From a virus (lineage: Duplodnaviria > Caudoviricetes), in the IMG/VR virus record IMGVR_UViG_3300017735_000009, positions 1 through 55,195 of that record: DNA of 55,195 nucleotides; one strand, 5' to 3'. The number at the start of each line of letters is the position of its first letter. The first letter of the stretch is position 1. The notes beneath the pieces were generated by a model, which worked only from the letters and a program-made list of their open reading frames with translations, was not told the origin of the DNA and ran no database searches. This document shows positions 8,946-18,400 of this stretch, in pieces. The translations under genes and the position numbers were made by a program.

Positions 8946-9812
8946 CTATTTTACAGCATCACTCCAGCCACCAAAAGGATCAGGACTCCAAGTAGCCCAA
9001 GTGGCTTCACTGTAATGCCAAAGGTCTAATGCTGGCAAATGAATATGCTCGTCGAATGGTTGTACTGTAACAAGTTGTCCTATTAGTTCTGCCATTACAG
9101 CATTGTTTTGAATTGTTAAGTGACACGGTCTTGTGTCAAGTAAAGGATTAAAGCCTGGTCCATTATTAATAACAGTTTCTTTCCACTGTATCGGATCACC
9201 GTTGCCGTAGTCCTCTGGCTCATAGCCTGACTCTCTGGCACTGATCTCATCCAAGCCTGTGATTACAGGAAACTTTGTAGGATACTTGTTGCCAAACATT
9301 ATGTCATCCGGAAAACAGTCTACGTTAATTAAGTATATGCCTAAACGTTCACAGGTGTCCTGTACGTCTCTCCATATGTGGTTAGCCACATACATCATAT
9401 AATCTTCATCAAAGAAATACTTCTGCCACAACTCTACAGCCTTGTTGAACTCGGGTGTTTCGTTTGGTTGCGGATCATACATCCATGCACTGCCTGTTTT
9501 GTTTGCTGGTAACACAGGCATTCTGGAATATGCTGTCCAGCCAAATATGACTAATTTATCTTTGAATAGGTATGAGGGGTCTTTAGCACTTGAAATATTA
9601 GCAGTGTTTATAACTTTGTTAATCCACGTTTGAAATTGTGTATAAGAATAGTACACACTTGAACCACAACGTGCATAGTTGTGTACATGATCTACGCCAA
9701 AGTTGTGTATTGCTGAAGGCCAAGCAACACTACTGCCCTCTGCTTTCCAGTCGCTGTCATCGAGATAACTACAACCGAATAGAGTAACTTCTCTTTCCTG
9801 TGTGTCTGACAT
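8946..9812 (-). CDS. SGNH/GDSL-like hydrolase-fold protein, putative
   Basis: FGCSY, NYARCGSS, IFGWT..SR and a C-terminal DxxxxH..N motif. Confidence 0.5.
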   Translation of the reverse strand: MSDTQEREVTLFGCSYLDDSDWKAEGSSVAWPSAIHNFGVDHVHNYARCGSSVYYSYTQFQTWINKVINTANISSAKDPSYLFKDKLVIFGWTAYSRMPVLPANKTGSAWMYDPQPNETPEFNKAVELWQKYFFDEDYMMYVANHIWRDVQDTCERLGIYLINVDCFPDDIMFGNKYPTKFPVITGLDEISARESGYEPEDYGNGDPIQWKETVINNGPGFNPLLDTRPCHLTIQNNAVMAELIGQLVTVQPFDEHIHLPALDLWHYSEATWATWSPDPFGGWSDAVK

Positions 9813-9819
9813 TTATCCT

Positions 9820-10200
9820 CTATGTGTAATCTATTTCAACCCAATCAGTTGCGTCACCTTTCTTCATAATGACTTCTTTAGTTTCGTGTGTCGTTTTACC
9901 ATTGCTTAATTTAGCATGTTTAGTTAATAACTTAATTGGATTTGGACCTGTGTATGCCCATCGCTCTGAAACTAATCCACCACCTGCAGGTTCTTGTTCT
10001 TTGTGTGCAAAGCCGAGCTTTTCTAAATCACCCCATGCATAACCGTGTATTGAATATCCTGCATTTCGTATTGAAGGAATCTTTCCGCCTTCAATTTGTG
10101 CTTTTAAGTCGTCATCACTCTTGTTAAGTTCTGCTAAACTTTTAAAGTCTCTTGACAATCTTGGCTCTCCTGCCTTCTTAAATAGTTCTGATAGTTTCAT
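9820..10200 (-). CDS. hypothetical protein, possibly head-packaged
   Basis: N-terminus MKLSELF; lies downstream of a late-type promoter. Confidence 0.65.
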   Translation of the reverse strand: MKLSELFKKAGEPRLSRDFKSLAELNKSDDDLKAQIEGGKIPSIRNAGYSIHGYAWGDLEKLGFAHKEQEPAGGGLVSERWAYTGPNPIKLLTKHAKLSNGKTTHETKEVIMKKGDATDWVEIDYT

Positions 10201-10502
10201 TATATCTCCAGGCTTGTTTCAAATTCAAAATCAATGTCTCTGAGTTCTACATTGAGTTCATCTGAGATGGCCTCTCCTTCTTCTAAATTCAATTGTTCTT
10301 CTAATACTATTTCGTAAATGCTTTCATTGTCTTCTGCACTGTATACAGTAACATCAGCACTGATAGATTCACCATCATCGCTGTATGCTTTTACAATTTT
10401 TGTAGGGGAAATACTCTGTACTATGTCAAAGTATTCCATTACTTGATCTCTATCAAGTTCAACTTGTGTAATTAATCTACAAAAATGCTTTACGAATTTC
10501 AT
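10200..10502 (-). CDS. hypothetical acidic protein
   Basis: 100-aa ORF, coupled to the next gene. Confidence 0.7.
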   Translation of the reverse strand: MKFVKHFCRLITQVELDRDQVMEYFDIVQSISPTKIVKAYSDDGESISADVTVYSAEDNESIYEIVLEEQLNLEEGEAISDELNVELRDIDFEFETSLEI

Positions 10503-10507
10503 TAGTA

Positions 10508-10837
10508 TTACTTACCTTTAGCAAATGCTTGAGCACCAAAGAAGGCGGCAACAATACCTGCTACTGCTACAAAGTATGTAGGAGCCATACTGCCTAACGT
10601 TTTTTGTGCTTCATCAAGTCCTGCCATGCTGGCAATAACTACTGCGAATGGGTATAATAGCATACCAAACAATGAGAACCATGCCATCTTACGTTGTGCA
10701 TCTCTCATCGCATCTGCGTCTTCTAACTCTTTGCGTTTAAATTCGAGGAACATAGCCTCTTCTTGTTTAGACACTTTACCATCTCCATTAGTATCAGCAG
10801 GATGGTGTGTCGTTGTTTTAATTACTTCTTCTGTCAT
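10508..10837 (-). CDS. membrane protein with EF-hand-like loop and 2 TM segments (holin-like topology)
   Basis: ADTNGDGKVSKQE followed by two hydrophobic helices. Confidence 0.6.
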   Translation of the reverse strand: MTEEVIKTTTHHPADTNGDGKVSKQEEAMFLEFKRKELEDADAMRDAQRKMAWFSLFGMLLYPFAVVIASMAGLDEAQKTLGSMAPTYFVAVAGIVAAFFGAQAFAKGK

Positions 10838-10862
10838 GTGATAACTCCTACCGTTGTAGTAG

Positions 10863-10871
10863 TATTTATCA
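10863..10871 (-). promoter_or_regulatory. T4-type late promoter-like motif TGATAAATA
   Basis: The same 9-mer recurs upstream of genes at 14468(+), 19590, 25706, 26162, 33605 and 51014. Confidence 0.6.
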
Positions 10872-10883
10872 CTTTACTTGAAA

Positions 10884-10959
10884 TGGCTCCCTGACGTGGG
10901 CTCGAACCACGGACCTAATGATTAACAGTCATTTGCTCTACCAACTGAGCTATCAGGGA
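10884..10959 (-). tRNA. tRNA-Asn(GTT)
   Basis: Cloverleaf with acceptor TCCCTGA/TCAGGGA, anticodon loop CTGTTAA, GTTCGA and encoded CCA. Confidence 0.95.
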
Positions 10960-10965
10960 AAAACT

Positions 10966-11039
10966 TGGCAACCCAGCAAGGAATCGAACCTCAATCTACG
11001 GTTTTGGAGACCGCCGTAATACCATTATACCACTGAGCT
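10966..11039 (-). tRNA. tRNA-Trp(CCA)
   Basis: Acceptor AGCTCAG/CTGGGTT, anticodon arm GCGGT-CTCCAAA-ACCGT, encoded CCA. Confidence 0.92.
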
Positions 11040-11047
11040 ATTTTGAA

Positions 11048-11365
11048 TTATTGTTTAGGCATGCCTTCTTGAATGAACACACCGATTGTTCCAATCTGTC
11101 CGTCAGTAAGGCCTTTTGCAGTTGGCCACATCAACATACTTTGCGGTCCAATAGTTTCACCTTTTTTGTATGCCATCAGTTTAGCGATAATATCGTCTGC
11201 TGATTGGTTGTTCAGTTGAGGTCCTAAGTTGCCTTGCCCTTGGGCTCCATGACATGCTTGGCATCCTGTCCATGCTTGTCGAATGTCAGCAAAGCGATCT
11301 TCTGCTGTTGCTGTTGCTGTTAGTCCTAAGAGAACTGCTGTTGCTATTAACTTTTTCATATCCAT
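11048..11365 (-). CDS. periplasmic monoheme c-type cytochrome (c553/c4-like)
   Basis: Signal peptide, CQACH heme motif, GPQL and a distal Met (SMLMWP). Confidence 0.9.
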   Translation of the reverse strand: MDMKKLIATAVLLGLTATATAEDRFADIRQAWTGCQACHGAQGQGNLGPQLNNQSADDIIAKLMAYKKGETIGPQSMLMWPTAKGLTDGQIGTIGVFIQEGMPKQ

Positions 11366-11378
11366 ATCCTAATTAAAT

Positions 11379-11465
11379 TGGTACCCGGAGACGGACTTGA
11401 ACCGTCATGCCATTGCTGGCGAGGGATTTTAAGTCCCTTGTGTCTACCAATTCCACCACCCGGGC
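11379..11465 (-). tRNA. tRNA-Leu(TAA)
   Basis: 87 nt with long variable arm, AGGGA-CTTAAAA-TCCCT, encoded CCA. Confidence 0.95.
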
Positions 11466-11483
11466 ATCACATACTATTTACTC

Positions 11484-11672
11484 TTACGCACTCCAAGAGT
11501 TAGTTATTTCGGCCTCACGTCTAAGTTCGTAGGCTTTTTCCTTTTCAACTGTTTGTCGCAGGATACTAATAACTCCTTCCTGTACAAGTAGTCGAAGAGT
11601 TTCTTTGTCTAAGTCAAGTTCTACAGTTGCAGAACCATCCTCATTTTCATTTATGTTTGTTACTGTTAACAT
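11484..11672 (-). CDS. hypothetical protein
   Basis: 62-aa ORF between tRNAs with AAGGA RBS. Confidence 0.65.
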   Translation of the reverse strand: MLTVTNINENEDGSATVELDLDKETLRLLVQEGVISILRQTVEKEKAYELRREAEITNSWSA

Positions 11673-11688
11673 TTACTTTCCTTAAAAA

Positions 11689-11765
11689 TGGTGGGCCCAG
11701 AAGGACTTGAACCTTCGACCTGCCGATTATGAGTCGGATGCTCTGACCAACTGAGCTATGGGCCC
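11689..11765 (-). tRNA. tRNA(CAT), probably Ile2 (lysidine type) rather than Met
   Basis: Acceptor GGGCCCA/TGGGCCC with C4-G69 and C5-G68; anticodon loop CTCATAA; no initiator features. Confidence 0.85.
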
Positions 11766-11772
11766 AAACACT

Positions 11773-11943
11773 TTACAATACGCCTCGCTTCACTAACTCA
11801 TTACGTATCTTTTGTTTCTTTTTTGGTGCAGTTGCTGAACTATTCAATGCTTCCTGCAGTACTTCTAAAGGAGTTGACTGCATGTAATAGTTTTGCATCT
11901 TGCCATTACGTTCCTTAGTTGACTCTTTAAATTTAGTTGGCAT
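11773..11943 (-). CDS. small basic hypothetical protein
   Basis: Start reassigned to MPTKFKES (GGAG RBS). Confidence 0.65.
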   Translation of the reverse strand: MPTKFKESTKERNGKMQNYYMQSTPLEVLQEALNSSATAPKKKQKIRNELVKRGVL

Positions 11944-12334
11944 CTTGTATCTCCAACTCTTTGAGTCCATGTTCTCTGTCAAGGAACTTCCATTCTACCT
12001 TTGAAGGCTCGAACTGCTGTAGCTCATCAAAGATGTCTTGCTTGTTAAACGGTCCACATGTGTATACATCTAACTGTATCAATGCAGGGTTAGGTTCGTC
12101 CCATACATGAATTGCAATGTGGCTTGTCTCAATAATCACAACACCTGTTACACCACAGTTACCCGGTACGTCTACGTACGATGCATGTGGACCATCGCAT
12201 ATTGTCATACCAATCTTCTCTACTAAATGCCCTAACCAATCCTTAACCCATTCTGCTTCTTTGGGTGGACTGTTTACTTCTGCCCGAATTATCAAATGCT
12301 TATGTTCGGGTACTACTTTACCAACTTCTGCCAT
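11933..12334 (-). CDS. speD: S-adenosylmethionine decarboxylase proenzyme
   Basis: HKHLI, GVTGVVIIETSHIAIHVW (pyruvoyl cleavage site), LDVYTCG. Confidence 0.9.
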   Translation of the reverse strand: MAEVGKVVPEHKHLIIRAEVNSPPKEAEWVKDWLGHLVEKIGMTICDGPHASYVDVPGNCGVTGVVIIETSHIAIHVWDEPNPALIQLDVYTCGPFNKQDIFDELQQFEPSKVEWKFLDREHGLKELEIQDAN

Positions 12335-12357
12335 TTGTGTACCTCTTTATTATTGTT

Positions 12358-12434
12358 TGGCCTCCCGAGCAGGAGTCGAACCTGCAACCTACGGCTTAGA
12401 AGGCCGTTGCTCTATCCAATTGAGCTATCGGGAG
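12358..12434 (-). tRNA. tRNA-Arg(TCT)
   Basis: Acceptor CTCCCGA/TCGGGAG, ACGGC-CTTCTAA-GCCGT, encoded CCA. Confidence 0.95.
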
Positions 12435-12448
12435 ATAACTTGTTTAGA

Positions 12449-12652
12449 TTACATCTCTTGCTGTAATCGGTCCCTCATCTCATTGTCCGACAACACTTGA
12501 TCAATGTGATGTTTATCTGCATAGATCCATTGTACACCACGTGAAGGGTGAAGGATCTGGCATTGATCTTGACTGTTGATATCTAACACTTGGTGCCACT
12601 CATCGCCTAAACGAATCCAATCACCTTCAAATACTATTGTGGTATCAATCAT
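12449..12652 (-). CDS. hypothetical protein
   Basis: 67-aa coupled ORF. Confidence 0.6.
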   Translation of the reverse strand: MIDTTIVFEGDWIRLGDEWHQVLDINSQDQCQILHPSRGVQWIYADKHHIDQVLSDNEMRDRLQQEM

Positions 12653-13071
12653 TACAGTTGTCCTTTTGTGAATAACTCAGCCATTTTGTGTTGCAATTTA
12701 CGTGCTTCTTTTTCCCAGGGTTGGTCCCAATACTCTATGTCTCCAACATAACGATTACTCTTCCAACGTGTCATGTTAGGATCAAGTTCTCCCCTGGCAA
12801 ATTGTTTTACATGCACCATTTCATGTGCAAGGTTACTTATCCAATTACAGTATAAACCAACGTCAATAACGAATGTACGCTCGTCTACTGCTTCACACAA
12901 TGCCTCGGCATCGCCCTCAACTAACCACTTGTGATGTAATTTTACTGTGATGTTAGTTTTGAGCCGGTTAATACCGAGATACTTTGCAAAATCTTTAACA
13001 GCCATGTAAGCCTGTATTTGTAAATCCTTAGAAATCTCACCGCCCCGTGGGCCTGTAATAGCGATATCCAA
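12652..13071 (-). CDS. HExxH zinc metallopeptidase-like protein
   Basis: LAHEMVHVKQF...YWDQPWEKEA. Confidence 0.8.
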   Translation of the reverse strand: MDIAITGPRGGEISKDLQIQAYMAVKDFAKYLGINRLKTNITVKLHHKWLVEGDAEALCEAVDERTFVIDVGLYCNWISNLAHEMVHVKQFARGELDPNMTRWKSNRYVGDIEYWDQPWEKEARKLQHKMAELFTKGQL

Positions 13072-13100
13072 TGGTGTTGCTCCTCTGCAATTGAGTGTAT

Positions 13101-13130
13101 ATTATAACAAATTGTGTCTGTATGTCAACC
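13101..13130 (-). promoter_or_regulatory. sigma70-type promoter GGTTGACA-N16-TATAAT
   Basis: Hexamers at 13123-13128 and 13101-13106. Confidence 0.75.
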
Positions 13131-13817
13131 GAATTTTATTCGATTAACCATTGTTTCTTTGCCGTTGTGAAAGTTACTTACTTGTTGAGATTTAACAAAT
13201 CCTTGTAGTTTTATTGTTTCACCTTCAACCAACTTCTTTTCATTGATATCAACAAAGAACTTAACAATGTTTTTGCCGTTCTCACTACAACATACCAGGC
13301 TACTGCCCACAGAGTTGATGTAACGAATGTTCTCAACCTTAAGTGTAAAAGGACACCTGGAGTTAACAGTTCCTACATACTCACTGATACGTGCTAATTC
13401 ATTCTCACGATCACCCCACACATCTTGTACCTGCTTGTTCAAGTACACCTTAGGTAAACTTGCGGCAATACCAATGCTTTCTTTACCGATAGTTTCGGAT
13501 GTGATCACAGTGAGAACATTGTGTTCAAAGTCTGTGAGTTTACGTTCAAGTGCTTTGAAGCTCAGTCCTGTGAGATAATCTATAATCTCAACTGCTGTTG
13601 TTTGATCTTGCGGATTTACTCTGAGCTTCTTATACTCATGTTTACCTGTTTCTTTGTTCAACTTGCCTAAGAAATGACTGTACAGCATTGCACTGTTTGG
13701 TGTCACTCCTTCGTCTTGCATACCTGACTTCACAAAGCCTTTGTTTTTTCTATGAGCCGCACATGCCACTTCAATGACATTTAGGGTTGAAAATTTGTTA
13801 GATTCTTTCTTAGACAT
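13125..13817 (-). CDS. hypothetical protein with possible C-terminal OB fold
   Basis: Start reassigned to MSKKES (GAGG RBS); SEYVG...ETMVNRIK ending. Confidence 0.7.
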   Translation of the reverse strand: MSKKESNKFSTLNVIEVACAAHRKNKGFVKSGMQDEGVTPNSAMLYSHFLGKLNKETGKHEYKKLRVNPQDQTTAVEIIDYLTGLSFKALERKLTDFEHNVLTVITSETIGKESIGIAASLPKVYLNKQVQDVWGDRENELARISEYVGTVNSRCPFTLKVENIRYINSVGSSLVCCSENGKNIVKFFVDINEKKLVEGETIKLQGFVKSQQVSNFHNGKETMVNRIKFG

Positions 13818-14323
13818 TATGCTACCTCTTTGTTTGATTCGAACCACTGAGTAAGTCCTGCATAGTTCACAGACTGCTGGTTTTCCATAAGGAACGTTTG
13901 GGCATAATCTTTCTGCTTACCGCCACGTGCCATGGTCCATGACTCTGTCTTCTTGAGGATTTCACGACGCATGTAGCCCATGTCACCGTTATCAGAAACA
14001 CGAACAGCATTCCACAACTTGCTCTCTGTGTCGAACGTCAACACAATGGGAGATTCCCACTCTTCGCATACTGACGCATCGTCTTCTTCGATACTCCAGT
14101 CCAAGATGTACTCCTCAAACATATCGCTCTTGCTCTCAATGAGCAGGCTCAATGTAGGGATACCACCCTGAGCAATCTTGTTGACTGCTTTGGCAGTGAG
14201 GCCTTCGACAACATACGTGTTGCCACCCTTGAACTTCCAATACTGAGGACAAGAACCCTCACCGTCCCAATCATGGGCGCCGTAGTTCTCTTTGTGTTGG
14301 GTTTGAATAACTAACTTTGACAT
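13817..14323 (-). CDS. conserved phage hypothetical (early) protein
   Basis: KLVIQTQHKENYGAHDWDGEGSCPQYWKFKGG; first gene after a strong promoter. Confidence 0.75.
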   Translation of the reverse strand: MSKLVIQTQHKENYGAHDWDGEGSCPQYWKFKGGNTYVVEGLTAKAVNKIAQGGIPTLSLLIESKSDMFEEYILDWSIEEDDASVCEEWESPIVLTFDTESKLWNAVRVSDNGDMGYMRREILKKTESWTMARGGKQKDYAQTFLMENQQSVNYAGLTQWFESNKEVA

Positions 14324-14357
14324 GCTTTCTACTCCTGTTTTCTCAAACTATGCATAT

Positions 14358-14387
14358 ATTATAGCAAATTTACTGGTTTTGTCAACC
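14358..14387 (-). promoter_or_regulatory. sigma70-type promoter GGTTGACA-N16-TATAAT
   Basis: Hexamers at 14380-14385 and 14358-14363. Confidence 0.75.
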
Positions 14388-14415
14388 GGTATTTGCCAAC
14401 TATTTGCCGTATATA

Positions 14416-14428
14416 AATCAATGACTTA
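14416..14428 (+). promoter_or_regulatory. IHF consensus site
   Basis: AATCAATGACTTA matches WATCAANNNNTTR exactly, within a divergent promoter region. Confidence 0.45.
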
Positions 14429-14467
14429 CGTGTGAGCCAGAATAGTAAATACAGTGATAATACAGCC

Positions 14468-14476
14468 TGATAAATA
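14468..14476 (+). promoter_or_regulatory. late promoter-like TGATAAATA
   Basis: Immediately upstream of the + strand gene pair. Confidence 0.55.
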
Positions 14477-14481
14477 CGTGT

Positions 14482-15057
14482 ATGAAGATGCAAACCGGAA
14501 CGTTAAACTCTTACCCCGTATTCCCTAATTGGGTATTTGAGGGAAATATGGTACTAACACCCGAAATATCACAGCAAATAATTGATGGTATGGATGGTGA
14601 AATACCCTCTGAAGATGTACACTTTGGTACACTCAGTAAACGTGGTGCAAAGACAAAGGACCTACTTAACCTAACAAGGCTAATGGGCAGAGTATTTGCA
14701 GACAATGTGTTGTCACACTTTAGATTATTAGACAGACTGCCACAGATTGAATCAGTAGACAGTCAAGTTATAACAATTAATCCTACAAGGGTAGTACCTG
14801 CAAGTGTTCAACGTCACCGATGGTATCAAGCAATATTGTTCCTACAGAGTGATGAGAACAGTTCTAATCTATATTTAGACAATATGGACACAAAACTATG
14901 GGCATCACCTGTTGGAGTACAAGAGTACACTCACGTGATTACACCGGAGCAGTTTAAAGTAGTATTTTTTCCTGCACATATTCCATGGGGTTTCACTCCT
15001 AATAACTCTGCCAGAGACACAGTAGTGTATGGCACTTCATTTATAATTAAAAATTAG
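14482..15057 (+). CDS. 2OG-Fe(II) oxygenase-like (TIGR02466-like) protein, degenerate
   Basis: PVFPNWV...QAILFL...[17 protein letters not shown] pattern; the distal His position reads Trp. Confidence 0.55.
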   Translation: MKMQTGTLNSYPVFPNWVFEGNMVLTPEISQQIIDGMDGEIPSEDVHFGTLSKRGAKTKDLLNLTRLMGRVFADNVLSHFRLLDRLPQIESVDSQVITINPTRVVPASVQRHRWYQAILFLQSDENSSNLYLDNMDTKLWASPVGVQEYTHVITPEQFKVVFFPAHIPWGFTPNNSARDTVVYGTSFIIKN

Positions 15058-15065
15058 AAGGTAAT

Positions 15066-15401
15066 ATGACATTTGTAGTTGGTAGCCCATGTGTTGGCTG
15101 TAAAGACACAGCCTGCGTTACAGTATGCCCAGTTGATTGTTTCTATGAAACACCTAACATGCTTGTAATCAATCCCGATGAATGCATTGACTGTGGTCTT
15201 TGTGAACCTGAATGTCCAACTGATGCTATATGGGCCGACGATGATTTACCTGCAGAACAAATACCCTTTCTTGCTATAAACGAAAACCTATCCAATGATG
15301 AACGTTTTAATCAAGAACCAATAGTAGATGACAAAGAAGAAATGGCATCTGAATCACCCTATACTGTCGAAGAAGCAATCGCAGTAGCCCTCGCAGAATA
15401 A
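15066..15401 (+). CDS. fdxA: 7Fe ferredoxin
   Basis: [18 protein letters not shown]...[17 protein letters not shown], Azotobacter FdI-type spacing. Confidence 0.92.
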   Translation: MTFVVGSPCVGCKDTACVTVCPVDCFYETPNMLVINPDECIDCGLCEPECPTDAIWADDDLPAEQIPFLAINENLSNDERFNQEPIVDDKEEMASESPYTVEEAIAVALAE

Positions 15402-15407
15402 ACAGTC

Positions 15408-15434
15408 AAAAAGAAAGGGACCTAAGTCCCCTTC
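15408..15434 (-). terminator. intrinsic terminator between convergent genes
   Basis: GAAGGGGAC-TTAG-GTCCCTTTC-TTTTT on the minus strand. Confidence 0.7.
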
Positions 15435-15452
15435 TCATGTTTAAATTAACTA

Positions 15453-18400
15453 TTAAACGTAGTTGTAATGTACAGTAATTGTACCAACACCTGCAGTTGT
15501 AGTTGCATCTGTTGATCCATCTGCCTGCTTAAACTGTACTTGTACTGCCGCATTCTTAGTTAGTGAAATATCACCATCTAATTCAACAATATAAGTTCCA
15601 GCCGTTGCCGCATCTGCATCATCTGCCGCTACAAGTGTAGTTCCTGAACCACCATTCTCTTTAACAAGAATTTGGTTGAATGAACCACCACTAAATGCTG
15701 TACCAATCTTAATTACGATTTTACTTGCATAGTATGTTCTGCTACTAACATTTGGCATAGCCGCTGTGTCAATAGTAGTAACACCACTTGTAAGTGCTGA
15801 ACGAAGCATGAGGCCATCGCCACCGAAGTTATCGACATAGTCTCTAACCGCCGCTGAGGTTGGGATCGTTGCATCGTTATCGTTGCTTGATATAGCATCT
15901 GCTTCAGTAACAAATCCAGTTACAGTGTCTGTTCCATCACTTAATGAACCAAAACTTACTGCACCACTGAATGTACCAGTTGTACCTGAAACGTTACCAG
16001 TATGTGTACCTGCACTGTCACCAGTTAAGTTACCTGTTACGTTACCTGTTACACTGTTAAATGTTACGTCATCGCCTGTGCCAACTGACTGTCCAATACT
16101 GAACTGTCCGCCTGCTGTATAAGTAACACCAGTACCAGCACTTAAATGTGCTCTTGTTTCTGCCGCTGTTACACCAGTAAATGTAATAACACCTGTTGTG
16201 CTGTTGTATGCTAAGCCGCCATCACCACCAGCATCAGTAACACTGATTGCCGCTCTTGCTCTCGCAGGAGTGTGATATTCGTTAGTACCTTCTGATAAGT
16301 TAGTTGTACTATGGTTAGCAATACTGCTTACAGTACCAGTTACATCACCAGTTAAGTCACCTTCAAACGTACTTGCTTTTACATTCTCTGAACCGAAGTC
16401 CCATTCTGTACCAGCCGCTGTATAAAGGATGCTCTTAACACCACTTGCTGTATTGGCTTCAAAACCTGCATCAGTATTAGTACCTGCTGTGTTAACACGG
16501 AAGATTGGATCTGCCGCTTCAACTGTTGTACTGTTAACTGTAGTTTGAGTACCTTGAACTGTTAAGTTACCTGTAATGATTGCATCACCTGTTACACTAA
16601 CGCTTGATGAAGTAATATCATCCGATGTTAATGTTCCAGAAACAGTTGGGTTAACCAATGTTACGTCATCTGGTATGCTTAATGTTACTGAGTCACCACT
16701 TACGGCTACATCAATTTCATTTGCAGTACCATTAATTGTTAGTGTATCACCACTATCAATTGATGAAGTACTTGATCCATCGCTAACTGTCCACGCAGTA
16801 CTTAATGCTGTTTCAGAAGCACTTGTGATTCTACCTTGAGCATCAACTGTGAAAGTTGGTACTGTTGTTGAGTCACCATATGTTCCTGCTGATACAGCCG
16901 TATCGTCTAACGATACTGTTACTGTGTCAGTTGCACCACTTACTGTGCTTATGCCTGTACCACCAGCAATAGTGATTGCATCACCATTGTCAACAGTTTG
17001 AGCACCACCGCTATCACCTTGGATAGTAGTTGAAGTACTAATTGCAACTGTTGAAGCCGCTGTTAGTCTACCATAAGCATCAACTGTGAATGTTGGTATA
17101 GCAGTTGTGCTACCATACGATGCGGCAGTTACGCCTGAATCATTCAAGTTAATTGTTACTGTGTTACCACTTGCTGTTGAACTTAATACATTACCACCTG
17201 CAATAGTTAATGATTCTGAGTCTAAGTCAATTGAACCACTACCACTATCACCAGCAAAGTCTAAGTCTTGAGCTGTTAACTGTCCGTCAACATAAGCCTT
17301 TACAGATTGCTGTGTAGGTATAAGTGTTGCACTGTCTGAAGCCATGTTGTCTTCATCTGCAAAACCTGTAATTGTAATTGCACCATCATTTAAAGAACCA
17401 AAACCTACTGTTCCTGAAGCAGTTACGTTTACCGCACCTGTTAAAGAACCAGAAGCCAATGTTGCTGTTCCGTCTGTTAATGAAGCACCAGTTACTGCAC
17501 CTGCTGTTGTTACTGCACCAGTTAAACCAGTAATTGCACCACCAGTCATTGTTGCTGTACCATCAGTGAATGAACCACCTGTTACTGCACCACTAAATGT
17601 TGCCGCTACACCACCAGTTAAAGAACCACTGCTTAATGTTGCTGTACCATCTGTAAATGATCCACCAGTTACTGCACCAGAGGCTGTTAAGGTTGTTACA
17701 CCTGTTACTGCACCTGCTGTAATACTTGCTGTACCATCTGTTAATGTATCACCTTCTACTGTACCAGTTGCTGTTACATTTTCTAATGAAATGTTAGCAT
17801 CTAAACTTACAGTAGCAGTGTCGGCACTTACAACACTTGTCAAGTTTGTTCCACCAGCAATTGTGATTGTATCACCGTTTGCTAATGCTGAACTACCTGA
17901 GTCGCCTGCTAATGACATACCGATTGAAATAGAAGCAGTACCTGCCGCTGTCAATCTACCTTGTGCATCAACTGTAAACGTTGGAATAGCAGTTGAACTA
18001 CCATATGAACCAGCAGTTACGGCTGTGTCATCTAAGTTTACTGTTACGCCATTGCCTGAGCCTACTGAACTTAAACCAGTACCACCAGCGATTGTTAACT
18101 TCTCACTATCTAAATCGATAGATAAGTCGCCACCTGAATCACCAGCAAAGTCTAAGTCGACTGCGCCTACTGTAGTATCTACGTATGCTTTAATGGATTG
18201 TTGTGAAGCAATTGCTGTAGCACTGTTTGAACCAAAGTTATCTTCGTCCAAGAAGTCGCTAATTGAATTACCGTTTACAACAAAATCATTTGCTGTTACT
18301 GTACCTGATGTAAATACATCATCGCTGATTTCCCATCTGCTTTGTCCTGGAACAAATAAGATGCTTTCGATTGTACCACCAATGTTAGCCTCAAGACCTG

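Noticed and set aside
12117-12500. 127-aa + strand ORF
   Set aside because: It is antisense to speD and tRNA-Arg.
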